A DNA stretch of 64,000 nucleotides from a virus. The stretch lies in the IMG/VR virus record IMGVR_UViG_3300008516_000159. The stretch is one strand, 5' to 3'. Below the pieces are notes generated by a model that ran no database searches, was not told the origin of the DNA, and saw only the letters and a program-made list of their open reading frames with translations. A program made the position numbers and the translations under genes. This document shows positions 39,024 through 48,220 of the stretch, piece after piece. How positions within the stretch are numbered: position 1 is the first letter of the stretch; every line of letters starts with the position of its first letter.

Positions 39024-39242
39024 ATGAAAGGATTATATAATAAATATAAGATTGAGAAAACAAGCGGCAAGCTGTTAGATCCAAATTTTGAGGCAATTGT
39101 GTTAAGAATCGATGGTGGTCAATATCTACACGCGTGTAGAGTGGGGGTGGCTGCTTTTGCAGAAGCGGTTGAATCTCAAAATCCGCGGCTTGCTGGCGAT
39201 ATCAAAAAACGGTTAGTTGAATTAGAGAATGACCATATTTAA
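39024..39242 (+). CDS. Hypothetical protein
   Basis: GAGG RBS; GL..KY.I.K...G motif. Confidence 0.65.
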   Translation: MKGLYNKYKIEKTSGKLLDPNFEAIVLRIDGGQYLHACRVGVAAFAEAVESQNPRLAGDIKKRLVELENDHI

Positions 39243-39262
39243 AGAAAGGAAGATCCTAACTG

Positions 39263-39535
39263 ATGGAAAAAAATGGCTTCGGTGGCAGATCAGATGTTCT
39301 GATCGAAATGAAGAATCGATGTGACAAGGCCACGCGCAGCATACCTATAGACATGACAGCTGGAGAGCTGGATGATTTCTATAGTTGTATTGCTGATATG
39401 GAAAAACACATAACAAGCCAAAACAGAAAACTTGGTTTGGCAAGACGGGCTCTGAATAAAATCACGAGCAACTCTCTTGAAGAGAGAACGCTTGCCATGT
39501 GTAGACTTGCACAAGAAGAATTGGCACAAGACTAA
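39263..39535 (+). CDS. Hypothetical protein
   Basis: AAGGA RBS. Confidence 0.55.
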   Translation: MEKNGFGGRSDVLIEMKNRCDKATRSIPIDMTAGELDDFYSCIADMEKHITSQNRKLGLARRALNKITSNSLEERTLAMCRLAQEELAQD

Positions 39536-39557
39536 CAGCATTTGATTTAAAAGGAAA

Positions 39558-39809
39558 GTGAAAATGAACCGATATGAGTATATTTCCTTCGACGAGAAAG
39601 ATGTCCCAGGACGAAAAACAAAAGTCTGGGAATGCAGCAATAACAAATCAAATGTCGTTTTGGGTATTGTAAAGTGGCATCCTCAATGGAGGCAATATTG
39701 TTATTTTCCTACAGCACAAGCTGTTTACAGTGCGGGGTGTTTAAAGGACATTGCTGATTTTATTCAAAAAGCGATGGCAGACCGACAAATAAACAAAGCC
39801 CAGAGGTAA
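39558..39809 (+). CDS. Hypothetical protein
   Basis: LGIVKWHPQWRQYCYFP...GCLKDIADFI motif, which I recognise as common in phages. Confidence 0.6.
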   Translation: MKMNRYEYISFDEKDVPGRKTKVWECSNNKSNVVLGIVKWHPQWRQYCYFPTAQAVYSAGCLKDIADFIQKAMADRQINKAQR

Positions 39810-39810
39810 G

Positions 39811-40101
39811 GTGATGTGTAGACCCGGCAACACTCGAACACTTAAGATCGACGGCAAACCGAGAGGAATCGATTCCTGCATTTATGATTTTGTGAAAATG
39901 CTGAACGATAATGGCTACAAGACTTTTGCATCCTGCTGCGGCCATGGAAAACAACCAACAAGAATATCTTTCGAGGACAATGGAACAGACAAAGAAATTA
40001 TAATCTGTACTTATGATCAAGCTACAAAAATTGGAAACTTATTCCCCCCTATAGGTAAGGTAACTCACGACGCGTCAGGAGTACATTTTGAAGACAAATA
40101 G
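39811..40101 (+). CDS. Hypothetical protein with IDSCI...LN...T.ASCCGHG motif
   Basis: Motif loosely resembles the Tyw3 N-terminal segment. Confidence 0.55.
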   Translation: MMCRPGNTRTLKIDGKPRGIDSCIYDFVKMLNDNGYKTFASCCGHGKQPTRISFEDNGTDKEIIICTYDQATKIGNLFPPIGKVTHDASGVHFEDK

Positions 40102-40112
40102 GGGGGAGCAAG

Positions 40113-40601
40113 ATGAAAAAGTTACTTGTTATTCTTATTGGAGTTTTATTTCTGGCAGGGTGTGTAACCTTACAGCCAATAGCGCACGAAGCTTGGTTGA
40201 ACATACATGATCTTTTCTACTCGAGAATAGAGCCCACAAGCTATGATGGTCCTGTGGAGATTATTGTTAATCCTGTTTTCAACCATGGCGATGATCCTTA
40301 TCTTGTGATACGATTCGGAGGACTTCAACCAGACGAGTATAATGTTGTACACTGGACCGTAACTCTGGAGATTACGTGTAATATGTCTTCATATGGTAGT
40401 GTCAGTAATTCTTTTGAGCTTGACCTTAATGATCCCGATGTCACTCGTGACAAATACAAGAACACTGTGCCATTAACAGTGGCTCCGAGTTTATTACCAG
40501 GCGTTTATTCGATTACAGTTATAATTAAAGATGAGGAATCCACGGCGGTAGCTGTAAAGTCTATCGAGTTTACCTTGAGACCGCGGAAATTGTCCATATG
40601 A
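40113..40601 (+). CDS. Lipoprotein
   Basis: MKKLLVILIGVLFLAG|C lipobox. Confidence 0.75.
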   Translation: MKKLLVILIGVLFLAGCVTLQPIAHEAWLNIHDLFYSRIEPTSYDGPVEIIVNPVFNHGDDPYLVIRFGGLQPDEYNVVHWTVTLEITCNMSSYGSVSNSFELDLNDPDVTRDKYKNTVPLTVAPSLLPGVYSITVIIKDEESTAVAVKSIEFTLRPRKLSI

Positions 40602-40625
40602 CGCTTAGAATATATTACATTGTGA

Positions 40626-40874
40626 ATGGATTTGAGGAGAATAAAAATGCAAAGCTATAATGAAAATGAATTAGTTTCTACAAAGCGAGGCAATCTCGAT
40701 GAGTTAAAAAATGAAATTGAAGACTTGGATGGAAAAGCGACTCATCATGTTATTGGGCTTATACCAAAAAAAGGTGACCACATCACCATAAACGGTTTGC
40801 AATATAAAGTAGTGGCTGCCGATCCTATAAAGGGGACAGTAAGAGCGAAAATATTAAAACCGAAAGGAAGATGA
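40626..40874 (+). CDS. Hypothetical protein
   Basis: ORF in operon; start uncertain. Confidence 0.5.
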   Translation: MDLRRIKMQSYNENELVSTKRGNLDELKNEIEDLDGKATHHVIGLIPKKGDHITINGLQYKVVAADPIKGTVRAKILKPKGR

Positions 40875-41443
40875 TTATGAGTAAAGCTTTTGATTGGTAT
40901 TCTCTCACTGAAATTCAGCAAAAAGACGTGTTGCTCGCTTATGAGACCTGTGTGGCGTTTATAAACCACGAGAAACATCTAACCCACTTAACACTAGAGG
41001 AGTTCAGAAAAGGTTGTTACTTGCTAGTAGGCCGAAGGATATATGAGTGCAAAAGCTTGGAGTTTTGGAGCGGCTTGTGTAGCGAAAATGTACTAAAAGA
41101 AATAGAAGAAAAGGGATGGTCCAAGGCCAGAAAAACAAGGGAGCATGCGCTTGGCCGCGGCAACTCCGCTAAAGTATTGTATGATTACATGCTGCGCCCT
41201 GGCTCAAACTTTGAGGAATTCAAGGAGTTGTTTGTTGAATATTGTTTTTATCACTGGACAACTTATGCCGAAAACAACGCCGTCAAAGTTTACGTGGACC
41301 GCGGCATGGACTGGATATCCGCATATGCGAAAGTCGGCATATTATTATATGAAACCATTTTTGTGAGACAAGGCATCCGAAAGGTCATCAAGAAAAAGAT
41401 CAAGATGACACCCGCCAAATTACGTATGCGTTTCGCATATTGA
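40871..41443 (+). CDS. Hypothetical protein
   Basis: 190-aa ORF; TREH motif. Confidence 0.6.
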   Translation: MIMSKAFDWYSLTEIQQKDVLLAYETCVAFINHEKHLTHLTLEEFRKGCYLLVGRRIYECKSLEFWSGLCSENVLKEIEEKGWSKARKTREHALGRGNSAKVLYDYMLRPGSNFEEFKELFVEYCFYHWTTYAENNAVKVYVDRGMDWISAYAKVGILLYETIFVRQGIRKVIKKKIKMTPAKLRMRFAY

Positions 41444-41468
41444 TTAAAGATTTATCAAGGAGAGCAAT

Positions 41469-41669
41469 ATGACTGTCGGTGAATTGAGAAAACAATTAAC
41501 TTTGTTAGTTGACAAACACGGTCTTAAAGAAGAGGATATAGTTTACATTTTAGGAACTGGAGACAAGGATACTCAGTGCTTGTCTGGTGTTGCCATGCCG
41601 TTGGTCATTCTTAAAGAGAGAAAAGAAAGTATAAAAGGATACTACTGTCTCGGATTTGTGAGAGGTTAG
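41469..41669 (+). CDS. Hypothetical protein
   Basis: AAGGAG RBS; MTVGEL...L. Confidence 0.55.
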   Translation: MTVGELRKQLTLLVDKHGLKEEDIVYILGTGDKDTQCLSGVAMPLVILKERKESIKGYYCLGFVRG

Positions 41670-41670
41670 A

Positions 41671-42123
41671 ATGATTAGAGTCTTCGATGAAGAATACAAA
41701 TTCCTTTCAAATTTCTATCCAAGCCCAATTTCTATAAATGGAAAAAGCTACGCTACGGTTGAGCACTTTTTTCAAGCATCAAAAACCGCTGATGAAAATG
41801 AAAGTGAGCCAATCAGAAAGGCAACTACTCCAGCCATGGCTAAAAAACTTGGAAGGCAATGCTCTTTAAGAAAGGACTGGAATAGTATTAAAGAGAAAAT
41901 TATGCTAGTCGGGCTAACAAGTAAGTTTAACATTCCAGAATTGAAAGACAAGCTATTAGCCACAGGAAGTTCTGTAATAGAAGAAGGTAATGATTGGAAC
42001 GATACTTACTGGGGTAAAGATTTAAAAACCGGTAAGGGCCTAAATAGACTTGGCTATCTTTTAATGAAGCTGCGCAAAAAACTAAGGGACGCTTTGGATT
42101 CTAAGTTTCAAGATCAGCAATAG
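41671..42123 (+). CDS. NADAR (YbiA-like) family protein
   Basis: FLSNFYPSP, TVEHFFQASK, TPAMAKKLGR..LRKDW, LLATG...EEGNDWNDTYWG...GLNRLG. Confidence 0.9.
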   Translation: MIRVFDEEYKFLSNFYPSPISINGKSYATVEHFFQASKTADENESEPIRKATTPAMAKKLGRQCSLRKDWNSIKEKIMLVGLTSKFNIPELKDKLLATGSSVIEEGNDWNDTYWGKDLKTGKGLNRLGYLLMKLRKKLRDALDSKFQDQQ

Positions 42124-42395
42124 GAATAACAATCTTTCTCCCAACTATGTGATCGTTTCGCGTATTGATATAATAAAACACCGCAGAAATAAACTACTTT
42201 CGGAAAATACTTTGTTGAATCACAGTTTCTGACCCCAAGGTAATATTGGTTCCGACCGGAACCTCAATAATTTCTCACCGAACACACAACACACATTTTC
42301 GATTTAACTTCGCATCATAACTTCAAAACAGGAGGAGTTGTGATATATAAGTTTTACCTATTTCAAACCAATCTTATTACAGGAGGGAATTGCGT

Positions 42396-42848
42396 ATGGC
42401 AACCCTATTGCTAGACAATGACCCGGATGTTTATATCCTGCTAGGTGGTATTGGCATTGGTACGAATGCTCCGGGATCAGAATTAGAAGTTGTTGGTGAT
42501 GTTCAACTTAGTGGCAACATAATCGTTGGTGGTACAGTAGATGGTGTTGATGTCGCGGCTCACGCGGCAGACGGCACTGTTCACTTTGTCGAAGCTGCTA
42601 TCGACCACGGCGCTATTGCTGGATTAGGCGACGATGACCACGCACAGTATATCCTAGCAAGTGGCGCGAGAAGCATCGCGGTGTTAGACGTAACAGGCAA
42701 TATCACCGTTGGTGGAACAGTAGATGGCCGCGACATCGATGGATGGCTAGGTCAGAATATTAGCGCAGCTGCTTCACCAAGTTTTACTGGCTTAACGGTA
42801 ACAAATACCATCGTGGGTAGAGCCCAGACAGCCTACTACGCTGACTAA
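42396..42848 (+). CDS. Short fibre-like structural protein
   Basis: GIGT..P...LEVVG, GTVDGVD repeats, DDDH.QY motif. Confidence 0.7.
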   Translation: MATLLLDNDPDVYILLGGIGIGTNAPGSELEVVGDVQLSGNIIVGGTVDGVDVAAHAADGTVHFVEAAIDHGAIAGLGDDDHAQYILASGARSIAVLDVTGNITVGGTVDGRDIDGWLGQNISAAASPSFTGLTVTNTIVGRAQTAYYAD

Positions 42849-42861
42849 GGAGGTGGGCTTT

Positions 42862-44892
42862 ATGTCATGGACAGATCCTATATTAGATAACACTACAGAA
42901 ATAAGAGACGAACATATTGAAGACATTAGAGCGGCCATAGAGACCGAATTAACAAGCCGCGGCAAGGATCTAGGAGATGTAGCTGATTGGTTGAATTCTC
43001 AGGGTCTTAGGTGGAGATTCAATGAGACTGTTGGATCAACAGCCAGCGAGGATTATGATTCTAATGATATGACTCTGACCAGCACCAGTTGGATTACCGG
43101 AGAATACGGTAACGGTGTTCACTTCAATTTTTCCGGTTACGGTACGGCAAGTACTGCGGTAACAGATGCCTACGACGTGACATTCTGGCTAAAGAGAGAT
43201 GGCACAACTACCCATTACAAGGTCATTTTGGCTATTGATGACGAGCATTGTCAGATTATGTGCAAGGATGAAGACAGAAGAATGTATGTTAGATGGAAGG
43301 ATGGTTGGGGCGTTGTTCAAAACACAATGCTTTCCCCCGGTTATATGCCCGACGATACTGACTGGCACTTTTATCACATTAAGCTCGAGTCCCAATCACA
43401 CGGTTTCGATTCAAACACGGTTTATGCTTATGTAGATAAAACAACCTACTTGGGTTCTTCTACTTTTTATGACACTGAGCCCAAGAACATCAACATCTAC
43501 GGCAACTACGATGACACAGGCAGCCCAATGGGAGGCCTCGCTGATATCGATGATCTGAGGGTTTTCTACAGACACCTAACATCAAGAGAAATAGACATCG
43601 TTGAAGCTGGTGGAGAGATCGGCGGCTATCCTGGCATAGGGTTATTTCCTTCGGATGACTGGACAGATAATCCTGTTTCTGTTAGCGTTGAAATCAGAAA
43701 CAAGCACATTTATGAACTAAGGGCGTGTGTGGATTATTTCAAGTTTCTGGACAACGAAGACTTCGTGAGCTGGACAGATCCAGTTCTTAGACCTTACACC
43801 GATCCGAGCCCAGTTGAGGTTAGACACGTTCACATCACAGAAATAAGAGATTTGCTTGCGGCTTCTGTTCCTACAACCATGATTGCCTTCTTTGATACCC
43901 CAAGTGAATTGCCTAGCACAACCGATTGGCCACTCTGTGATGGAGACAGCGGTCGACCAAATTGTATCAACGTTCATATGAGAGGCAGTAACGCTCAAGG
44001 CACCCAGACCGGCTCAGATACTCACACAGACAGTGCGGTGGGTAATATAAACACAACCTCCGTTGGTGGACCAGCTGTCGCGCAATTTGCAGTCTGGGGG
44101 ACTCTTCGCGAAGTCTACACCTCGGCTCACTATCATACAGTTAGTGGACATAGTCACGGCAGTGCCGATCATAAGCCAAGAGGTATTAGAGTGGAGGCTA
44201 GAGTGGCTGGCGATGGATTCCAAAAAGCCAAATCACTCATATACTTCAGAGGCAGCAGCGCGCCGAGCGGATGGGCTGCTTATTCATACACTGGATATTA
44301 TTTCTACGGCGTTCAGAATCCAGGCGGAAGCACTGGCAACCCCACACACTATCATGGAAACGCGTATCCATCTATTAGTCTGGGTAATTATGTTAATCTG
44401 AAGCAACAAACAACTCGTACAAACAGTATGCCCGGCCATAATCAACACGACCTCATACAACCTAGGGGTTGGAAACACAATTGTTCAGGATCCAATGATC
44501 CAGTACATGTTGATCTCATGGTTATACAGGCAGATAGTAAAAAGAGTCAGATACCATCTGGTGCGGTTGCATTTTTCATTGGCAACACTGCTCCGACTGG
44601 CTGGAGTGTATGTGACGGCACAGGAGGGACACCTAATTATCAAAACGCGTTTGTAAAAATCTCCACCAGTTACAATGACACTCAAACGGGCAGCAATACC
44701 CACACCGACACGAGTCCTGCAACAGATGGAATAGAGTATCCAAACTACTCTGCTTATGGCAACACACCATTCTACGGCACCTATGTTCTGAGGCCTCAAG
44801 CTCACAATCACACTTTGCCTCAGCATAATCATGGCGCAGGCCACGACAACGTGCCAAGATACATTCCATTGTTAATCTGTATCAAGAATTGA
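42862..44892 (+). CDS. Tail fibre/receptor-binding protein (LamG-like domain + repeated tail-collar-like modules)
   Basis: W.FNE..G..A.D, DWHFYH, IDDLRVFYRHL; IAFF...P.GW..CDG..GTPN repeats; WTD...IR..HI.E.R motif three times. Confidence 0.8.
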   Translation: MSWTDPILDNTTEIRDEHIEDIRAAIETELTSRGKDLGDVADWLNSQGLRWRFNETVGSTASEDYDSNDMTLTSTSWITGEYGNGVHFNFSGYGTASTAVTDAYDVTFWLKRDGTTTHYKVILAIDDEHCQIMCKDEDRRMYVRWKDGWGVVQNTMLSPGYMPDDTDWHFYHIKLESQSHGFDSNTVYAYVDKTTYLGSSTFYDTEPKNINIYGNYDDTGSPMGGLADIDDLRVFYRHLTSREIDIVEAGGEIGGYPGIGLFPSDDWTDNPVSVSVEIRNKHIYELRACVDYFKFLDNEDFVSWTDPVLRPYTDPSPVEVRHVHITEIRDLLAASVPTTMIAFFDTPSELPSTTDWPLCDGDSGRPNCINVHMRGSNAQGTQTGSDTHTDSAVGNINTTSVGGPAVAQFAVWGTLREVYTSAHYHTVSGHSHGSADHKPRGIRVEARVAGDGFQKAKSLIYFRGSSAPSGWAAYSYTGYYFYGVQNPGGSTGNPTHYHGNAYPSISLGNYVNLKQQTTRTNSMPGHNQHDLIQPRGWKHNCSGSNDPVHVDLMVIQADSKKSQIPSGAVAFFIGNTAPTGWSVCDGTGGTPNYQNAFVKISTSYNDTQTGSNTHTDTSPATDGIEYPNYSAYGNTPFYGTYVLRPQAHNHTLPQHNHGAGHDNVPRYIPLLICIKN

Positions 44893-45026
44893 GGAGTATA
44901 ACACATGATTTAAATCAAAAGATCAGATTACCCCAAAGGTTTCAAATACGGATTCGGATTTGTAATAATTAAATTATTTCCGTTTCTGGTACGTAAAAAA
45001 ATAAAGTAATTTCGATTAACTATATA

Positions 45027-45062
45027 AATCCCATCTTTCCTGTCAAGGTGGGATTTTTTTTT
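45027..45062 (+). terminator. Rho-independent terminator
   Basis: AATCCCATCTT / AAGGTGGGATT stem plus T-run. Confidence 0.8.
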
Positions 45063-45179
45063 ACGTTTATACCAAAGATAAGGCATATATATACAGCTGG
45101 CGCCAAGGTGCCCTGGCGCCACTATCTCAACAAGGAGGTTCTCATGAGATGGCGTAAATAAACACAAGGAGGCCTAATC

Positions 45180-45386
45180 ATGGGCGGATCAAGCAGTCAG
45201 ACCGGAAAGGGCACCAAAAAGTACGGTCGCAACAAAGATAAGTGTGCGAGGTATCGCGCAGAGCACAGAAGTGAAAAAAACAAGGCTCGCAGAAAGACAC
45301 AGCTAGAAAAGAAGTACGCAAAAAACAAGGCAAGAAGAGAGGCTCAGGCGGGTGGCAATAAAAAAATCGGAACTAATACGAGGTAA
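45180..45386 (+). CDS. Small very basic protein
   Basis: AAGGAGG RBS; K/R-rich. Confidence 0.6.
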   Translation: MGGSSSQTGKGTKKYGRNKDKCARYRAEHRSEKNKARRKTQLEKKYAKNKARREAQAGGNKKIGTNTR

Positions 45387-45654
45387 AAAATACTTTTATT
45401 TTTATATTTTTAAGATTGGTTGGGTGTCAGAATTTACCAGTATGCAGTTTTATTTGGTAGAGTATGAAAAAGTGGGCCCAGCTGATCATTATTTTTTCAG
45501 GGTAGTTAAAGATTATTCCGAGATTTTTCAAGGAGGTAGGGTACCCAACTGGTCGGGCAAGCAAACCTATAGATTTCTTAAACATGTTTACAAAGAAAAT
45601 TACAAAACCATGAAGCGTCGGTTTATACGTGCTGTGTTAGAACCAGGACGATGA
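45352..45654 (+). CDS. Cassette paralog 1
   Basis: MAI..EL..GKKYF ... YKENYKTMKRRF. Confidence 0.7.
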   Translation: MAIKKSELIRGKKYFYFYIFKIGWVSEFTSMQFYLVEYEKVGPADHYFFRVVKDYSEIFQGGRVPNWSGKQTYRFLKHVYKENYKTMKRRFIRAVLEPGR

Positions 45655-46279
45655 CAAACAAATTGAGTTCATAAATGGCAATAACTAGATCTGAACTAGA
45701 AAAAGGTAAAAAATTTTTTTATTTCAGAGTAATTAAGATTGGTTGGGACGAAAAGCTTCTCAGCATAAGCTTCTATTTGGTGGAATACGAGCAGTACAAC
45801 CCGCCTTATTTTTTCAAGGTGTTAAAGGACTATTCCAAGATTTTCTCGTCAGGACTGCCGTCCGATTGGTCAAGCAGGCAAACCGCTAACTCACTTAAAA
45901 ATGTTTATAAAGAAAATTACAAAACCATGAAGCGTCGGTTTGTACGTGCACTATTAGGACCAGGACTATGACAAACAAATTGAGTTCATAAATGGCAATA
46001 AGAGAATACGAATTAGACGACGGCGAAAAATATTTCTTTTTCGCAGCACATAAATTTCCGAGTGGTAGTGTGTCAATCAGATTGCTGCTGATGAAGTATA
46101 TTTATGAGCATCAATATAGAGTGGGTGGCCGTTGTTACAAATTTAAAATCTTGAAAGATTATTTTGATATTTGGCCCGGAGCTTCTGTAAAACCGCCGCA
46201 AAAACCCGGCGATCTATATCAAGTATATGTTTTGAAGCATCTATACAAAGAAAATTACAAAACCATGAAGCGTCGGTTT
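45592..46279 (+). repeat. 33-bp perfect repeat x3 (45592, 45909, 46247) and 34-bp junction repeat x2 (45651, 45968)
   Basis: AAAGAAAATTACAAAACCATGAAGCGTCGGTTT; ATGACAAACAAATTGAGTTCATAAATGGCAATAA. Confidence 0.9.
45675..45971 (+). CDS. Cassette paralog 2
   Basis: Same terminal motifs as paralog 1. Confidence 0.7.
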   Translation: MAITRSELEKGKKFFYFRVIKIGWDEKLLSISFYLVEYEQYNPPYFFKVLKDYSKIFSSGLPSDWSSRQTANSLKNVYKENYKTMKRRFVRALLGPGL

Positions 46280-46309
46280 GTACGTACAATATTAGGACCA
46301 AAAATGTGA
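45992..46309 (+). CDS. Cassette paralog 3
   Basis: Same terminal motifs as paralogs 1 and 2. Confidence 0.7.
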   Translation: MAIREYELDDGEKYFFFAAHKFPSGSVSIRLLLMKYIYEHQYRVGGRCYKFKILKDYFDIWPGASVKPPQKPGDLYQVYVLKHLYKENYKTMKRRFVRTILGPKM

Positions 46310-46611
46310 TAAGCGATGTTAAGCCAGGGATGTGGGTTTACCAAAATCTGATTTCCCACCAAAACGACTATTTCATCGGCAGAATAGACAGAATAGAAAA
46401 AGCCAGGCATTATTATCGTTTTCCCGTAGTTGTTTTCAGGCTATATTTCGGATTTCACAGGTACGGTCGCGATCTCTCCGGATCAATGTTCGCTGGCGAG
46501 TCTAAATGGCCTCAAAATGTCCTCAAGATGGACTTTAGTGAAGTTAAGAGACCAAGAAAAGAAATAAAGTGGGCGATGATACGCGCAGCGATGCGAGCTT
46601 TAGACAAATAA
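46306..46611 (+). CDS. Small hypothetical protein, related SH3-like/C-terminal helix family
   Basis: GTGA overlap start; DVKPGMWVY; ends IKWAMIRAAM. Confidence 0.6.
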   Translation: MISDVKPGMWVYQNLISHQNDYFIGRIDRIEKARHYYRFPVVVFRLYFGFHRYGRDLSGSMFAGESKWPQNVLKMDFSEVKRPRKEIKWAMIRAAMRALDK

Positions 46612-46630
46612 CAACGCATTATACGTAAGG

Positions 46631-46658
46631 CCCTACGCAAATCGCGTAGGGTTTTTTT
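46631..46658 (+). terminator. Rho-independent terminator at convergence point
   Basis: CCCTACGC-AAATC-GCGTAGGG plus T7. Confidence 0.85.
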
Positions 46659-47025
46659 ATTGGACTATTACTTTTTCCAACAGGATTTGTTTGGCTAAAT
46701 CTTCTTTGGAGGCATTTTTTGGTAGGAAAGCATATTTGTCATCAGGAATAATGATTTCTGCGAAGTAATCAAGCCTATAAGCGGCTAACTCTTCTAATAC
46801 TGCAGTAAAAATTCGCAGGCATCGTTTGGCCACATAACTCTGACCACCTGATTGGAAATAAATATCTAGACTAACGCTAGCATCGAGCTCTTTCGGTATT
46901 TTATATGTATCGTTAAATGTTAAGCTTAACTCAATTTGGTTATATGATTCATTCACCACTACTCGGCCAGCTCTTAGGATGAGATCTTTCTTGTTTTTAG
47001 CTTTGATCACTATTGGGTGTGTCAT
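46657..47025 (-). CDS. Hypothetical protein
   Basis: ORF in minus-strand run. Confidence 0.6.
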   Translation of the reverse strand: MTHPIVIKAKNKKDLILRAGRVVVNESYNQIELSLTFNDTYKIPKELDASVSLDIYFQSGGQSYVAKRCLRIFTAVLEELAAYRLDYFAEIIIPDDKYAFLPKNASKEDLAKQILLEKVIVQ

Positions 47026-47497
47026 GCTCTATTTCTTTTACCGTCCCTTTTTCGTCTGAACAGTATTCCTTGATTATTTTTCCGTCCTCGTAAAATCGCA
47101 TGCGAACTCCTGAGCCGCCTTTCATATCTCTTATGTAATCTAGCGAACCGTCCTTGCTGTATACTTTTACCTCTCCCACAGTTACACCGTGTAGAAATTG
47201 GAACTCTCTGTGTTTATTGCCGTTTTTCCACCATTCTTTGCCGGGACCCTCTAGGACTCCATTTACATAAAAGAATTTCTTTATAAGGGTACCGTTCTTA
47301 GCATAACCCAAAAGTGGTCCATGCTGTTTATTGTTTTTCCAAAAAGTTCTCGTTTTGATTTTGCTGCCGCCTTTGAAATACGAAACGGCTCCACTGTTCC
47401 ACGGCTCACCCTTCCACACCATAACCTCATCGGCGTAGTCGCAGAAATCATCTTTTAGTATGGACTTAGCAAACTCTGCTTTGTTAATCTCTAACAT
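46997..47497 (-). CDS. MORN-variant repeat protein (YwqK antitoxin-like)
   Basis: Repeats W.KNG......Y.NG..EG...Y..DG. Confidence 0.8.
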   Translation of the reverse strand: MLEINKAEFAKSILKDDFCDYADEVMVWKGEPWNSGAVSYFKGGSKIKTRTFWKNNKQHGPLLGYAKNGTLIKKFFYVNGVLEGPGKEWWKNGNKHREFQFLHGVTVGEVKVYSKDGSLDYIRDMKGGSGVRMRFYEDGKIIKEYCSDEKGTVKEIEHDTPNSDQS

Positions 47498-47583
47498 CGA
47501 CTTTACCGTTCCTTATGTAAAACTCCCGAGTGTAGTCGCTCAACGATCATATTTTCTACTTCTTTACTGCAAACTCCGGACTG

Positions 47584-47982
47584 TTATTCTTCTGTATCCG
47601 GGATATTGTTCAACCAGTCGATCGTCTCTTGAAGATTCTCTTTTGTCGCCCAGACCGATACACTACCCTTTTTCAAGAATATCTCATAGCCATCGCCTTT
47701 CCTCTTGAGAATGCTCCAGCTGTCTACGGTTAACATATCGAGCGCCATGATGAGACCGTCGGCAAATATTCTTTCTTCAAGCAACGCATTTTCAGCCTTG
47801 AGCTCTTCAATCTCCTCAATTTGTCTGTTGTTTATTTCCATGTCGACATGGTTTTTATCGTTGACCCCAGCGACCACAGCTATTGCCACAACCAACATAA
47901 CGGCAATTGACATAAAGAGAACAGCTGCACGTTTCCAGTTCTTTATTCGTTGTTCATAATCAACTTGTTTCTCAGTAGGCAT
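47584..47982 (-). CDS. Membrane-anchored coiled-coil protein
   Basis: Single TM helix then coiled coil. Confidence 0.6.
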   Translation of the reverse strand: MPTEKQVDYEQRIKNWKRAAVLFMSIAVMLVVAIAVVAGVNDKNHVDMEINNRQIEEIEELKAENALLEERIFADGLIMALDMLTVDSWSILKRKGDGYEIFLKKGSVSVWATKENLQETIDWLNNIPDTEE

Positions 47983-48208
47983 ATATCCATCCTTTCTCTG
48001 TTATAATATAAAGCCAGGTAAGCATCAGTGGCGCAACCAAAATAAGACCAATCATGATTGGGTAGGCCCATTGTAAAACAACGGATTTGACATGATTTGC
48101 GCACCATTTAACAATGTAGTACATTCCTATGATCATACCCATAAATGGCGCGACCGTAAGAATTATCACCTTTAGGTACCTAAAACCAAACTCCAGCAGT
48201 TCCTGCAT
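47972..48208 (-). CDS. Small two-TM membrane protein
   Basis: Hydrophobic; AGGAG RBS. Confidence 0.55.
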   Translation of the reverse strand: MQELLEFGFRYLKVIILTVAPFMGMIIGMYYIVKWCANHVKSVVLQWAYPIMIGLILVAPLMLTWLYIITEKGWIYAY

Positions 48209-48220
48209 ATAATCACTCCT

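Noticed and set aside
39811-40101. Tyw3 tRNA methyltransferase call
   Set aside because: Only a short motif resemblance, and the protein is much shorter
42124-42390. tRNA or TGA-readthrough ORF on the minus strand
   Set aside because: Hairpin lacks a cloverleaf context; the Cys-rich frame needs readthrough and has no RBS
45592-46279. CRISPR array or DGR from the regularly spaced 33-bp repeats
   Set aside because: Repeats lie inside paralogous CDSs, the spacers are ~300-bp genes, and no cas or RT gene is in the window
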